This document shows positions 1 to 9,061 of a DNA stretch of 64,000 bases, piece after piece. The position numbers and the translations under genes are program-made. Source of the DNA: a virus; IMG/VR virus record IMGVR_UViG_3300036761_001135, positions 64,001-128,000 of that record. The stretch is one strand, 5' to 3'. The notes under the pieces are model-generated. The model saw nothing but the letters and a program-made list of their open reading frames with translations, did no database searches and had not been told where the DNA came from. Each line of letters opens with the position of its first letter. The stretch's first letter is position 1.

Positions 1-1
1 A

Positions 2-766
2 GCTGGCTACACCAGCGGTTCTGAGATCCCGAGCATCAGCTTGGACATCGCTCTTCACACCGTGAAGGCCGAGAGCCGCAAGCTGAAGGCTCGCTGGAGC
101 GTCGAGGCAGTGGACGACATGCGCGCTCTGCATGGGATGGACGCCGAGACCGAACTGGTCGGAACCTTCGCCAACGAGGTCATGCTGGAGACGGACCGCG
201 AGATCGTGGACGCCCTCGTGACCGGCGCCAAGTTCGCCGCGACCTACACCTACTCGTACTCGGCCGGTTCCCAGGGCGAGATCGAGACCATCCGCAACCT
301 GCTGACCAAGATCAGCGCCGTGGCGGCCTCCATCCACACCGCGTCCGGTCGCGCTCCGGCCAACTTCATCGTGGTGTCTCCGAGCATCGGCGCATTGCTC
401 GACCAGCTCTCGACCCATGGTGACTTCGCCAGCATCGAGCAGAACGTGCAGAGCCCGACCTATGGGCCGATCACGTCCGACTTCGGCATCGCTCGTATCG
501 GCACCCTGCTCAAGCGCTTCGCGGTCTACCAAGACCCCTACATGACCGCCAACAAGGTGCTCATAGGACTCAAGGGCAACAACTTCCTGGATGCCGGGTT
601 CGTGTACGCACCGTACATCCCACTCCAGGTCACCCCGACCTTCATGGATCCAAACGACTTCACGTTCCGAAAGGGCGTCAGAACCCGATTTGCCTCCAAG
701 ATGCTACGCCCGGAATACTACGGCGTCATCACCTGCTCCGGCCTCCCCGCTGTGACCGTCGTCTGA
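2..766 (+). CDS. gp23: Major capsid protein, T4 gp23-like (5'-truncated by the window edge)
   Basis: Frame is open from base 2. Motifs 'VKAESRKLKARWS', 'GMDAETELVGTFANEVMLETDREIV', 'ANFIVVSP' and 'DAGFVYAPYIPL...DPNDFTFRKGVRTRF' match the gp23 C-terminal half. Confidence 0.95.
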   Translation, partial: AGYTSGSEIPSISLDIALHTVKAESRKLKARWSVEAVDDMRALHGMDAETELVGTFANEVMLETDREIVDALVTGAKFAATYTYSYSAGSQGEIETIRNLLTKISAVAASIHTASGRAPANFIVVSPSIGALLDQLSTHGDFASIEQNVQSPTYGPITSDFGIARIGTLLKRFAVYQDPYMTANKVLIGLKGNNFLDAGFVYAPYIPLQVTPTFMDPNDFTFRKGVRTRFASKMLRPEYYGVITCSGLPAVTVV

Positions 767-847
767 TAGAAATCCACTGACATTTCAATAGGTTATGCGC
801 ATGGAAACACCTGGCGCAGCCTCTATTGCATTCGTGTTCGTTTACGT

Positions 848-877
848 TTGACAACTATTTGTCAACTATAGTACCAT
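848..877 (+). promoter_or_regulatory. Possible sigma70-type promoter for the endonuclease gene
   Basis: TTGACA (848-853), 18 nt spacer, TACCAT (872-877) in an AT-rich gap; the -35 is part of an inverted repeat TTGACA-actatt-TGTCAA. Confidence 0.4.
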
Positions 878-883
878 TGCAAA

Positions 884-2548
884 ATGGAACATACGCTTGT
901 AAAACGGGATGGACAGTCTGGAGGCGTGCGTCTGGTGGTTCTGGATCTGGAGCAGCCCGAGGTGGTGGAGCGACTTGCCAACGGGATTATGGTGGATCCT
1001 GGATGTGTCTATGTGTTCTCGGATGAGTGGGCAGATCGGCGGGTGGCATGTGAAGCGTTCGTGCGAGCGCGAGCGGGGCGGTTTGAGCGTCGCTTGGGTG
1101 CGCGTCAGTGTGTGGTGCGCGAGGTGGAGAAGATGGAGGCGCGTGTCTTCCTGGACGCATTTCATATCCAGGGGGCGAATCATCTTGCCCTTGTCGTGTT
1201 CGGCCTATTCGTTGAGGCGGAGTTGGTCGGGGTGTTGTCGCTGGGGCGGCACCATCGACAGGGCCAGGAGCGGCGGGTCGTGTTGGATCGGTTGTGCTTC
1301 CGAGATGGGGTACAGGTGATCGGTGGGTCATCGCGGATGCTGGATCGGGCTCGTGCCTGGGCGGAGGCGCATGGCTATGACGAGATTTTAAGCTTTAGTG
1401 ATAACCGCTTGACGCCGGGCGTGGTGTACGACCGCCTTGGGTTCACGGTAGATGCCAGTTGCCGTCCCGATTATTTCTATGTGCAAGATGGGCGGCGCAT
1501 ATCGAAGCAGAGCCAGCGGAAGCGGGCTAGCGGGTGCCCGGATGGGATGACGGAGCGATCCTGGGCACAGGCGCGTGGGTTGGTGCGTTGTTACGATGCG
1601 GGGAAGGTGAGGTGGTTACTTCCGTTGCGACCGTCATCGCATCCGACACAACAGCAGGACAATTCGGAGCAGGCTGCGCGGTCCAATGCGGCGGGCATTA
1701 GTGGAAGTGACATCCACATGCGAGGGTACTTTCATTCGAAAAAGCTTGGAGGCGATGTGTATTTTGGATCGTCTTACGAGTTGCGGTGTCTGTTTGAGTT
1801 GGATGGCGATCCAGACGTGCAAACCTTCCGACGTTGTGAGGCATTTCAGACGCCAAAGGGACGGTGGCGTGCTCCAGATTTGTGGATCGAGCGACGAGAT
1901 GGTCGCAAGGAGATTTGGGAGGTTAAGCCGTCTGTCATGGTGGATATGCCACGAGCGCGCTTACAGATTGCTGATACGGCGTTGTATGCGGTGAGCATTG
2001 GCGTTTGTTTTCGCGTGTGGACGGAACGGGACAGCGCGTTGGGAGAGGATGGCCGGATCATCGGATGGGCGCGTGAGTACCTGTCGCGTCAGCAGGGGGA
2101 TACTACTTACGAGGAGCGGAACCAGCGGACGCGAAAGGCGATTCGAGAGCGCCACTATGCGAAGGAGCAGGCTGCCTCGGTGGTGGTGCATTGTGATTAC
2201 TGCCAGGCCGATCACACGGTGCTGCCGCGCACTTACGCCCGGAACGTGGCCAAGCACGATGGGGCATATGTGTGCGAGGCCATGGCGGGGCATATTGGGG
2301 GAAGCAAGCCAAAGGACCACTTGAAGGTGACGAACCCATACGCGGAGGAAGGAAAGAAGAAATGTAGTATGTGTGAGCAGATACTTTCGATGGATAAATT
2401 TCAAAAACGGAAGGCATCATGGGATGGTCTTAGTGCGGCATGCAAGCCGTGCTTGCGTGCGTATGACGCGGTTAGGTATCAGAAGAGAACGCACGCGAAC
2501 CTGGGTTCGCCTGTAGAGGAGATCGCATGCGATTTGCATGGAGCATGA
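884..2548 (+). CDS. Free-standing chimeric homing-type endonuclease: Hef-like/GNAT-like N half, TnsA-like PD-(D/E)xK domain, C-terminal Zn finger
   Basis: 'GARQCVVREV..FLDAFHIQG..IGGSSRML..SFSDNR..VYDRLGF..PDYFY..YDAG' resembles phage Hef-type proteins; 'GYFHSKK..YFGSSYE..PDLWI..IWEVKP' resembles the TnsA N-terminal nuclease; CxxC pairs at the end. Confidence 0.7.
   Translation: MEHTLVKRDGQSGGVRLVVLDLEQPEVVERLANGIMVDPGCVYVFSDEWADRRVACEAFVRARAGRFERRLGARQCVVREVEKMEARVFLDAFHIQGANHLALVVFGLFVEAELVGVLSLGRHHRQGQERRVVLDRLCFRDGVQVIGGSSRMLDRARAWAEAHGYDEILSFSDNRLTPGVVYDRLGFTVDASCRPDYFYVQDGRRISKQSQRKRASGCPDGMTERSWAQARGLVRCYDAGKVRWLLPLRPSSHPTQQQDNSEQAARSNAAGISGSDIHMRGYFHSKKLGGDVYFGSSYELRCLFELDGDPDVQTFRRCEAFQTPKGRWRAPDLWIERRDGRKEIWEVKPSVMVDMPRARLQIADTALYAVSIGVCFRVWTERDSALGEDGRIIGWAREYLSRQQGDTTYEERNQRTRKAIRERHYAKEQAASVVVHCDYCQADHTVLPRTYARNVAKHDGAYVCEAMAGHIGGSKPKDHLKVTNPYAEEGKKKCSMCEQILSMDKFQKRKASWDGLSAACKPCLRAYDAVRYQKRTHANLGSPVEEIACDLHGA
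2493..2512. repeat. Palindromic repeat copy 1
   Basis: ACGCGAACCTGGGTTCGCCT, followed by SD-like GAGGAG and ATG 2527. Confidence 0.9.
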
Positions 2549-2799
2549 CTGAGGACGGGGCGCATACCGCTCCTTTGGGGGAATGGGCGGATGCTGGTCG
2601 AATTGAATTTCGTGTGTCCCATGATCCGAACGGCATGAAGTGGCGGATGGATGGGCATATTCACGGGCTGTCGTCGCGGCCGATCAAGATACTGCATGCG
2701 GTTCCTGACGATGGAATGATCTCGTTGGATTCGGTGTTGGAGGCATTCAAGTCGATGTGCGAGCGAGACGTTTTGATCCACGCGGCTTCTCCCTACTGA
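2527..2799 (+). CDS. Hypothetical protein
   Basis: 90-aa ORF with a GAGGAG SD. Confidence 0.55.
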   Translation: MRFAWSMTEDGAHTAPLGEWADAGRIEFRVSHDPNGMKWRMDGHIHGLSSRPIKILHAVPDDGMISLDSVLEAFKSMCERDVLIHAASPY

Positions 2800-2806
2800 C
2801 CGCCTC

Positions 2807-2891
2807 GAAAACGGAATAGTTATTGGATATTCGTCTGGCTATATTCAAAATCTCGGGGTCGAAAAAAACCGAGCGGATAGATATGCAGAAA
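2807..2891. repeat. Non-coding ~85-bp element, copy A
   Basis: Ungapped match to 27050-27134; the first 26 nt are identical and I count about 16 mismatches in 85. Confidence 0.9.
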
Positions 2892-2914
2892 TCCTTGGGT
2901 AGAATTCGATGTCT

Positions 2915-2943
2915 TTGACCGCGAGGCGTGGATGCGGTAGACT
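2915..2943 (+). promoter_or_regulatory. sigma70-type promoter
   Basis: TTGACC-17 nt-TAGACT in intergenic DNA. Confidence 0.6.
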
Positions 2944-3007
2944 GCTTGTGACGGCCTGCTTTGGTGACCTACCGTGCGGTGAATATCCTCGGACATACCC
3001 CGCATTG

Positions 3008-3033
3008 CTCCCGCCTTCGGGCGGGAGGTCTTT
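3008..3033 (+). terminator. GC hairpin with UUCG loop (terminator or RNA structure)
   Basis: CTCCCGCC-TTCG-GGCGGGAG, followed by only a short T run (GTCTTT). Confidence 0.55.
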
Positions 3034-3100
3034 GTAACACCTTTGACCTTCGAAGTTGAACAAGCTACTATGTTGTAGATAGCAACCAGGAGGTGTTCTC

Positions 3101-3478
3101 ATGGCGAAGTATATGTTGCGACGGGGCATGACGCGTCTTCCAATAGATGGCATCCGGGAAATTCAGCGCGAGGACTTGCCACCGTTGAAGCAGGGAGAGA
3201 CCGTGATATTCGAGCCTGGCATGGTAGTGGAGACGGATCTCGACTTCGGGCCATGGGTAGAGGACGGCACGTTGGAGTGTGTGCGTGAGAACGGGGATCC
3301 TCCGCGCCCGACCCGTCCGGCACCAGCCGTGGTCGTCAAGCAGGAGACCGTGACTCCGATGCCTGCATTTGTGCAGGTGGAGGTGGTGAAAGAGGAAGCA
3401 GCGGGAGAGACTGCGGCGGAAGATTCTTCGAGTGATTCCACCAACGAGGAGACGCCTCGCAGGCGCCGTCGTCAATGA
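3101..3478 (+). CDS. Hypothetical protein (acidic, Arg-rich tail)
   Basis: AGGAGG SD; 125 aa. Confidence 0.75.
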   Translation: MAKYMLRRGMTRLPIDGIREIQREDLPPLKQGETVIFEPGMVVETDLDFGPWVEDGTLECVRENGDPPRPTRPAPAVVVKQETVTPMPAFVQVEVVKEEAAGETAAEDSSSDSTNEETPRRRRRQ

Positions 3479-4143
3479 CAATGCATCACAAGAGACGCGT
3501 GGATGGGGCGGTTCAGGCGGGAAGTCTTGGGATTGGCGAGACGGTCGAAGTGCGCACGCGCATGGGCCAGATTGTGGCGCGTGGAGACGTGTGTGCTATG
3601 ACGCCTTTTGGAGTGACGATCCGAGAGGACGGCACGAGCCACAAGTTCTACATGGCCGAGTATTTCCTATTCTTCCCGGAAGAGCCTGTGCTGCCTGAAG
3701 TCGCTGCGAATATGATCGTGGATGCGCATCCTGACGCACGAGTTCGCGCTCGTCTGGGACGTATGTTCGAGCAGGGCGCGGAGAAGCCTACAAAGGGCGC
3801 TCAACAGATTGACGATGAAGAGGGCGATGACGAAGAGGAAGATGCCGAACCGGAGGAAACTGAGACACCGGCGCAGAAATCCATAGCAAACGACACGTCG
3901 TCTGTGGACGTAGAAAAGCTGCCTCCTGACATCAAGAAAGCTGTCCAAGTCGTTCAGAAGTTGGATGCCGATCAATTGAACTATATCCTAGCGCAGACGG
4001 GGCAGTCGTTGATGAGTGCGTTGCGGAGGAATGGTGTGAGCGAATCGGATCTGCACGGGTTAGTGCAGAAGGCGCAAAACGCTGTGTACCGCATCCTGAC
4101 GGGCAAGTCCTCTCGGGAGTGGAAGAAGGCGGCGGGAGAATAG
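3475..4143 (+). CDS. Hypothetical protein
   Basis: ATGA overlap with the upstream gene; 222 aa with an acidic linker. Confidence 0.75.
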   Translation: MTMHHKRRVDGAVQAGSLGIGETVEVRTRMGQIVARGDVCAMTPFGVTIREDGTSHKFYMAEYFLFFPEEPVLPEVAANMIVDAHPDARVRARLGRMFEQGAEKPTKGAQQIDDEEGDDEEEDAEPEETETPAQKSIANDTSSVDVEKLPPDIKKAVQVVQKLDADQLNYILAQTGQSLMSALRRNGVSESDLHGLVQKAQNAVYRILTGKSSREWKKAAGE

Positions 4144-4147
4144 CACC

Positions 4148-4876
4148 ATGCAAAACGTCCAGACTGATGCGGAGCTGCGAGTGTGGATCAAGCGTCGTTT
4201 GGGCGATGGCATAGTTTGCGTGGAACTCACTGACGAGCAGTTGGACGTCAACATTCAGATGTCCAAAGATTTCTGGCGCGCGTGGGTAGGCCAGGCGAAG
4301 ATGATCTACCTTCAGGCGACTGGGGTAAGCGAGTACGCCGAGTCGCTCATTGGACCAGATGTCGATAGCGTGGCAGAGGTCGTTTTCCCTGTGCATGACG
4401 ACTTGACGCGGATGTTTTCCTGGGCCGACGTCGAGGTGAATCCGTACACATGGGTTTACTCTGGATACGGTGGTTATGCGGCGCTTGTGCAGTTGATGCA
4501 GTACCGTGAGATGGGGAACCGCGTGATAAGCGCTGACCTGGACTGGGAGTGGGATCGAGCGCGTCGTGTTCTAATGCTGACCCCGCCACTGAACACGAAC
4601 TTGAACGGCCAACGGGTTGGCGTCGTTTACATTTCGACAGAAGTCGATATGACGAAGATGAGCAACTCGGAGTATTGGCTATTTCGTGAGTACGCGCTTG
4701 TGCAGTCGATGAAGACGTTGGGCATGATTCGCATGAAGTATTCGGACAAGCCGAGCGCCACCGGATCGTTTTCCATGGACGGCGACTCGTTGTACGCGAA
4801 CGCCGATGTGCGCGAGAAGGAACTGGAAGAGAAAATCCGTCAGTTGCAGTCGCCCGTCGGGTTTTGGACTGCGTAG
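4148..4876 (+). CDS. Neck protein, T4 gp13-like
   Basis: 'LRVWIKRRLG..VCVELTDEQLD' and 'WLFREYAL..LGMIRMKYS..MDGDSLY..A..ELEE' are gp13-family hallmarks; synteny after the capsid gene. Confidence 0.85.
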   Translation: MQNVQTDAELRVWIKRRLGDGIVCVELTDEQLDVNIQMSKDFWRAWVGQAKMIYLQATGVSEYAESLIGPDVDSVAEVVFPVHDDLTRMFSWADVEVNPYTWVYSGYGGYAALVQLMQYREMGNRVISADLDWEWDRARRVLMLTPPLNTNLNGQRVGVVYISTEVDMTKMSNSEYWLFREYALVQSMKTLGMIRMKYSDKPSATGSFSMDGDSLYANADVREKELEEKIRQLQSPVGFWTA

Positions 4877-4887
4877 AGGAGGTCCGC

Positions 4888-5829
4888 ATGATCAAGTACG
4901 TGGGACAATTGAACGATTCGTTGGCGGCCATGGCCGGTTGCATGTCGAGAGAAGAGCGGAAGATGCTTGGCATCGATCCCAGCACGAAACAGGACGATGT
5001 CTTGCGGCATGGAGCGGCCAAGTATATCGCGGAAGACGCCATTGCGGCATCGCAGCAGCTCGCACCGTTGTCTGCTTCCAGATCCGTGCCTCGCAAGGAT
5101 CTGCGGCCGTGGCAGGGCAAGGAGAGCGACGGCGAGATCATGTTCAACTTCGAGTCTGCCACGGACGCTCAAGACCTGTACGATTTCGTACTGGAGACCG
5201 GGCTACTCACGCCGGGCGAGGTGAAGCTCTACATGAGCGAGCACCAGACCAGCGTGCATTTCGCGCCGAGCGTATTGGTGCAGAAGCCCGAGATCATCCA
5301 GATGGCGTTGATTTCCTATCACGAGAAGGCCACTGAAGAGAGCATCGAGGCCATGGCAGATCTCGTGGAAGACGTGAACGCGATCATGGAGAAGAAGGCG
5401 AAGAGCGGTCGCGGAAGTGCGGAGCCCAAGACGAATCGAGTAGATTTCAATCCGTTCCATGACAAGGGTGGAAATTTCACGTCGCGTGAGGGCACCAAGA
5501 GTGGCGGGTCGTGGTCGGATGGAGCGCATGCCGGAAGTAAGAAATTGGCTGCGTCGAAGAAGGGCAAGAAGCTGCACTTCGTGGCTACCAAGTTGCCGTG
5601 CGGTCGGTCGGCTCGTGACGTGAGCAAAGACATCCGTTGTTGGGACGGTCGCACCGTGGGTGGCAAGCTTGCGTCGGTATCGAAAAAGTCATCGCGTGAC
5701 AGCAGTGATCGTTTGATGCCGGGCGTCAAGGAAGGGTTTACCCTCGCGGATCTGGACATCGTCAACGAGTGCCGGGCGATGTACGGCATCAAGACGCGTC
5801 TTTCCGAGGGATGGATGCGCGGAAGGTAG
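4888..5829 (+). CDS. Hypothetical virion/head-associated protein
   Basis: GAGGAGG SD before ATG 4888; contains 'NPFHDKGGNFTS', resembling the NP(Y/F)HD..G.F motif of phage head-associated proteins. Confidence 0.65.
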   Translation: MIKYVGQLNDSLAAMAGCMSREERKMLGIDPSTKQDDVLRHGAAKYIAEDAIAASQQLAPLSASRSVPRKDLRPWQGKESDGEIMFNFESATDAQDLYDFVLETGLLTPGEVKLYMSEHQTSVHFAPSVLVQKPEIIQMALISYHEKATEESIEAMADLVEDVNAIMEKKAKSGRGSAEPKTNRVDFNPFHDKGGNFTSREGTKSGGSWSDGAHAGSKKLAASKKGKKLHFVATKLPCGRSARDVSKDIRCWDGRTVGGKLASVSKKSSRDSSDRLMPGVKEGFTLADLDIVNECRAMYGIKTRLSEGWMRGR

Positions 5830-5832
5830 GAG

Positions 5833-6396
5833 ATGACCGCTCTTTACGGTCCCGAGTGTTGTCCGACCGAGTTGGCCTACCTTCGATCCCTGGAGGCAGA
5901 GCGCATCGCGTTATCGGGGCCGACCTGCGAGTATTACTCCTTGAACCGTGGGCGAAATGTGGACCCATTGTATGGCGAGCCGAACAACGATCCGCTGTAC
6001 GGTGGGCATGATCCGCGAGGGTCTGATCAGCACCATCCGACGTCGTGGAACTTCTCGCCACAAGTGACGAAGGGGGAAGCTCCGGTGATGTTCCCGTGCG
6101 CGGTGGAGTACCAGGAGGCGGAAGGTCGCCAGCCTTCCGTGCGCGAGGAGGGCAAGGTCGTCGAGTACGACGCGACTTGCTGCATCGCTCTGGACCACTG
6201 GGAGGGGGCCTTGAAGGGGCGGACATTCGCGGGTCGCATACCCAAGGAGGGGGACGTGATCTACGTGTTCAACCTGTGGTGGGACGTCGTGAACGCGGGG
6301 TCGGCGGGGAACATCCTGGGGTCGGCGCAATTCGTGGGGTTCAAGTTGATGCTCAAGCGCCGGTCGAAGTTCGTACCGGAGCGCAAGGTAGGCTGA
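5833..6396 (+). CDS. Neck/head-closure protein, T4 gp14-like
   Basis: 'CEYYSL...VDPLYGE' and 'PKEGDVIY' motifs; synteny. Confidence 0.7.
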   Translation: MTALYGPECCPTELAYLRSLEAERIALSGPTCEYYSLNRGRNVDPLYGEPNNDPLYGGHDPRGSDQHHPTSWNFSPQVTKGEAPVMFPCAVEYQEAEGRQPSVREEGKVVEYDATCCIALDHWEGALKGRTFAGRIPKEGDVIYVFNLWWDVVNAGSAGNILGSAQFVGFKLMLKRRSKFVPERKVG

Positions 6397-6412
6397 TTGC
6401 TGCATCATAGGG

Positions 6413-6790
6413 GTGGCCATGTTGAACGAGAAGATCATAAAGCTGGAAATTGAGAACGGGTTGAGCGCTGTGTGCGCGTGGTGCGAGCATCACTGGGCTA
6501 CGTTGCGCGAGGGCGCGACGCCTGGCTGTCAGCAGAAGGATTGCGGTGGGCCTTTAAAGGGTCGGGCGTTCCCTTTCTATAAGGGGCCTAGACCTAATCT
6601 GGCATCGTACTGTTTTATCTGTGGCAATGACGCGGATTTGTCTGTTGAGTTCAGTGGACGAGGGCATGTTGGATGCTGTGCAATTCACGAGGTGCAGTTG
6701 CGAAAGATGTTGAGCCGGTCTGGTCATCCGGTGGTGGTTCGAGAGCGGATTGTGCCGGTGGTTGCCGCGCCTGTGGATTCTGAAGGATGA
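6413..6790 (+). CDS. Cys-rich hypothetical protein (probable Zn binding)
   Basis: CAWC, C..C, CFIC and CC..H motifs. Confidence 0.65.
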   Translation: MAMLNEKIIKLEIENGLSAVCAWCEHHWATLREGATPGCQQKDCGGPLKGRAFPFYKGPRPNLASYCFICGNDADLSVEFSGRGHVGCCAIHEVQLRKMLSRSGHPVVVRERIVPVVAAPVDSEG

Positions 6791-7650
6791 AGAAGCTGCG
6801 CTTTAGCCGTCCGCCTTTATCGACGATGTCTCCGACCCCAACTTTTTACAACCTGTCTCAGACCGTCGAGACGTACAACAACGTCGTCGCCAAGCTTCCA
6901 CAGCGTGTCGAGCGCGGGAGGTTTCTCTTTCTGGCGATGATGGCTGGATTCCTACGGGAACGCATTCGGAGGAGATCTCCGAAGGTGATGATAAACGGAC
7001 AGGAACGCGAGTACGCTGAGGACTTGAGGCTGGCTGTGGTGTCTGGGGCTCCTGACGGCATGGACATCTTGGCGATCTATTTCGACAGCGAGACAGAGAC
7101 GTTGACAGAGGAGACATCTGGGAAGACGGCGTTGTACATTCTTCCGCATCGCACGTCGCCCGAGTGGGTGAGCGTGCTCACGAGATGGGGGCCATGGCCA
7201 GCAGAGATATTGCCTGTGGCGTTGGAATCCAGGCATGCGAAGGTGGTATCCAGGAAGGGGAGGCCGGACGAGATGCGCGCTTTGAAGGCGAGACTGGGTC
7301 GCCGGCGTGCTGAGATCTTGAGAGAGCTGGAAGAAGCGGGTGCGGAAAATCCTCGCATGGAGAGCACCATGCACGGTGTTGGGATGGTAGTGCGACAGGA
7401 TATTTCTCACGCGGTTTTGCGTCGTGAATTTGGGATGGATGGTGCGGAGCCAAGGGCGCATTGGCGTCCGGCTTTGCGCGAGGTTGTGGAGGCAGTGCCG
7501 GCGGCCATGGATAGATTCAATCGCTATATAATCTCGGGGAAGGAGAATGCGTTCTTGTTGCCAGACATAGGGGATCATATTACGATAAGTCAGTTGCAGG
7601 ATGGCGTGTCGTTTATGGGAGAGATCGCGCCGTTCGTGCCAAAACGCTGA
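6787..7650 (+). CDS. Hypothetical protein in the neck/tail-completion cluster
   Basis: 287-aa ORF translationally coupled to the upstream gene. Confidence 0.7.
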   Translation: MKKLRFSRPPLSTMSPTPTFYNLSQTVETYNNVVAKLPQRVERGRFLFLAMMAGFLRERIRRRSPKVMINGQEREYAEDLRLAVVSGAPDGMDILAIYFDSETETLTEETSGKTALYILPHRTSPEWVSVLTRWGPWPAEILPVALESRHAKVVSRKGRPDEMRALKARLGRRRAEILRELEEAGAENPRMESTMHGVGMVVRQDISHAVLRREFGMDGAEPRAHWRPALREVVEAVPAAMDRFNRYIISGKENAFLLPDIGDHITISQLQDGVSFMGEIAPFVPKR

Positions 7651-7663
7651 AGGAGATGCACAG

Positions 7664-7843
7664 ATGACTCATGGGATGGACAAGTTGACGGCATTGAATC
7701 ACACACTGGGCGATGTGGAGAACGAATTGCTACGGCGGCGGGTAGACCAAATGGACGTATCTCTGAGCCATGCCGTGGACGTGATCGATCAACTCGCGGC
7801 GGATGGCCATGTGGAGATCTGTCCGTGTGACGAAGAGGACTAG
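7664..7843 (+). CDS. Small hypothetical protein
   Basis: AAGGAG SD before ATG 7664. Confidence 0.55.
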   Translation: MTHGMDKLTALNHTLGDVENELLRRRVDQMDVSLSHAVDVIDQLAADGHVEICPCDEED

Positions 7844-7850
7844 GGATAGC

Positions 7851-7870
7851 AGGCGAACCCAGGTTCGCGT
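7851..7870. repeat. Palindromic repeat copy 2 (inverted orientation)
   Basis: AGGCGAACCCAGGTTCGCGT, the exact reverse complement of copy 1. Confidence 0.9.
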
Positions 7871-7881
7871 GAGGTGGCTGT

Positions 7882-8568
7882 GTGACGATTATTGGCACCG
7901 TTAGTTTGCGCGATTGGGATGCTGGAATCCCGTTGACGCTGGAAGCCGAGATCGCCACCTATCCTGTGGACGGGGAAGACAGACCAATTCATGTGATACG
8001 AATTCCTGGGGTGGATTCGGAGCTGGCCCACCTGGACGGGCGCGTGCCGGTTTTGTTTCACACACCAGAGGACGCCTACCAGGACTTCTTGCTGCCCTGC
8101 ATTACCGTCAAGCGCAACGACATGACCCCCGCGTTCGACAGGCACCCCTGGTACACCTGGGTGGCGCGTGGTCCTGCCAAAGGGGCGAAGGTGGTCGTGT
8201 TGCCGGACGGTAGGCGCGGATACGACCGCTATGAGAACCAATGGAGGGCCACCCAATTCGATATCACATATGACGTGCAGGTGATGGCGCGGCGGCAGGC
8301 GGAGTCGAACCCCATGCTGCAATATGTGTTGCGCCATTTTTTGCCGCCGTCGTTCATTTTCAAGGTTGTTGACAGTATAGGGGATGTGCGGGAATATGAC
8401 GCTGTAGATGTTAGTGTTTCGGAAACGTCGGAGCTGGCCGACATTGGTGACAGGACGGTGGGATGGACCATCTCTTTCACAGTGCGCGCGGAAATCGACC
8501 TCCACGACCCTGTGGAGGCACCTGCCGTTCAATCTGTGGATGTGACTTACGCGAGATACCGTCCGTGA
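7882..8568 (+). CDS. Tail terminator/sheath stabiliser, gp15-like
   Basis: 'LPCITVKR..FD' and 'FDITYDVQVMARR' pattern; lies before the sheath gene. Confidence 0.6.
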   Translation: MTIIGTVSLRDWDAGIPLTLEAEIATYPVDGEDRPIHVIRIPGVDSELAHLDGRVPVLFHTPEDAYQDFLLPCITVKRNDMTPAFDRHPWYTWVARGPAKGAKVVVLPDGRRGYDRYENQWRATQFDITYDVQVMARRQAESNPMLQYVLRHFLPPSFIFKVVDSIGDVREYDAVDVSVSETSELADIGDRTVGWTISFTVRAEIDLHDPVEAPAVQSVDVTYARYRP

Positions 8569-8578
8569 GGAGGCGCTA

Positions 8579-9031
8579 GTGGCGTGGTATTATTTTTCTG
8601 GTAACGTCGTGAAGTCGATTCCGGTATCGCGCACCAAATCCGTAGCTGTGCGGCCACATTCCAAGGTCGAGATTTTAGAGGTTACGCAGGAAGTGCAAGC
8701 GATGCTCAGTGCTGGCATCCTGAAGCGCACGGGCAAGCCGCTGGGTTCCGTGTCGATGGAGGATGCCCCCCCTGTGCCGCGCGTGCATTTGCGAGATGTG
8801 CTTCCCCCATCTTCTTTGGCCCAGAACTTTGCTGAGAAAGGCGTGACATCGTCCGCGACGATGCCGCCTCGCAAGCCGTTGGGGTCTCCTGAATTCACCG
8901 TGCATGAGTTGTCGGTGGAGGGGGTTATTGTTGCGCCCGAGAGCAGGGGCGAAGATGCTGCCGTGTTGCCGGTTGAAGAAGTTGTCGAGGACAATGAGCG
9001 CGCGAAGTCGAAACGGCGGCGCGGCCAGTAG
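8579..9031 (+). CDS. Hypothetical protein
   Basis: GAGGAGG SD and GTG start. Confidence 0.7.
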   Translation: MAWYYFSGNVVKSIPVSRTKSVAVRPHSKVEILEVTQEVQAMLSAGILKRTGKPLGSVSMEDAPPVPRVHLRDVLPPSSLAQNFAEKGVTSSATMPPRKPLGSPEFTVHELSVEGVIVAPESRGEDAAVLPVEEVVEDNERAKSKRRRGQ

Positions 9032-9061
9032 GCCGGGCTTGCGGACAACACGGAGCAGATC

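Noticed and set aside
884-2548. Tn7-like transposon suggested by the TnsA-like domain
   Set aside because: No tnsB/tnsC genes or transposon ends nearby; the domain is fused in a free-standing phage gene.
767-3100. T4 late promoters (TATAAATA) or tRNA genes in intergenic gaps
   Set aside because: No such motif or cloverleaf was recognised here or in other gaps.
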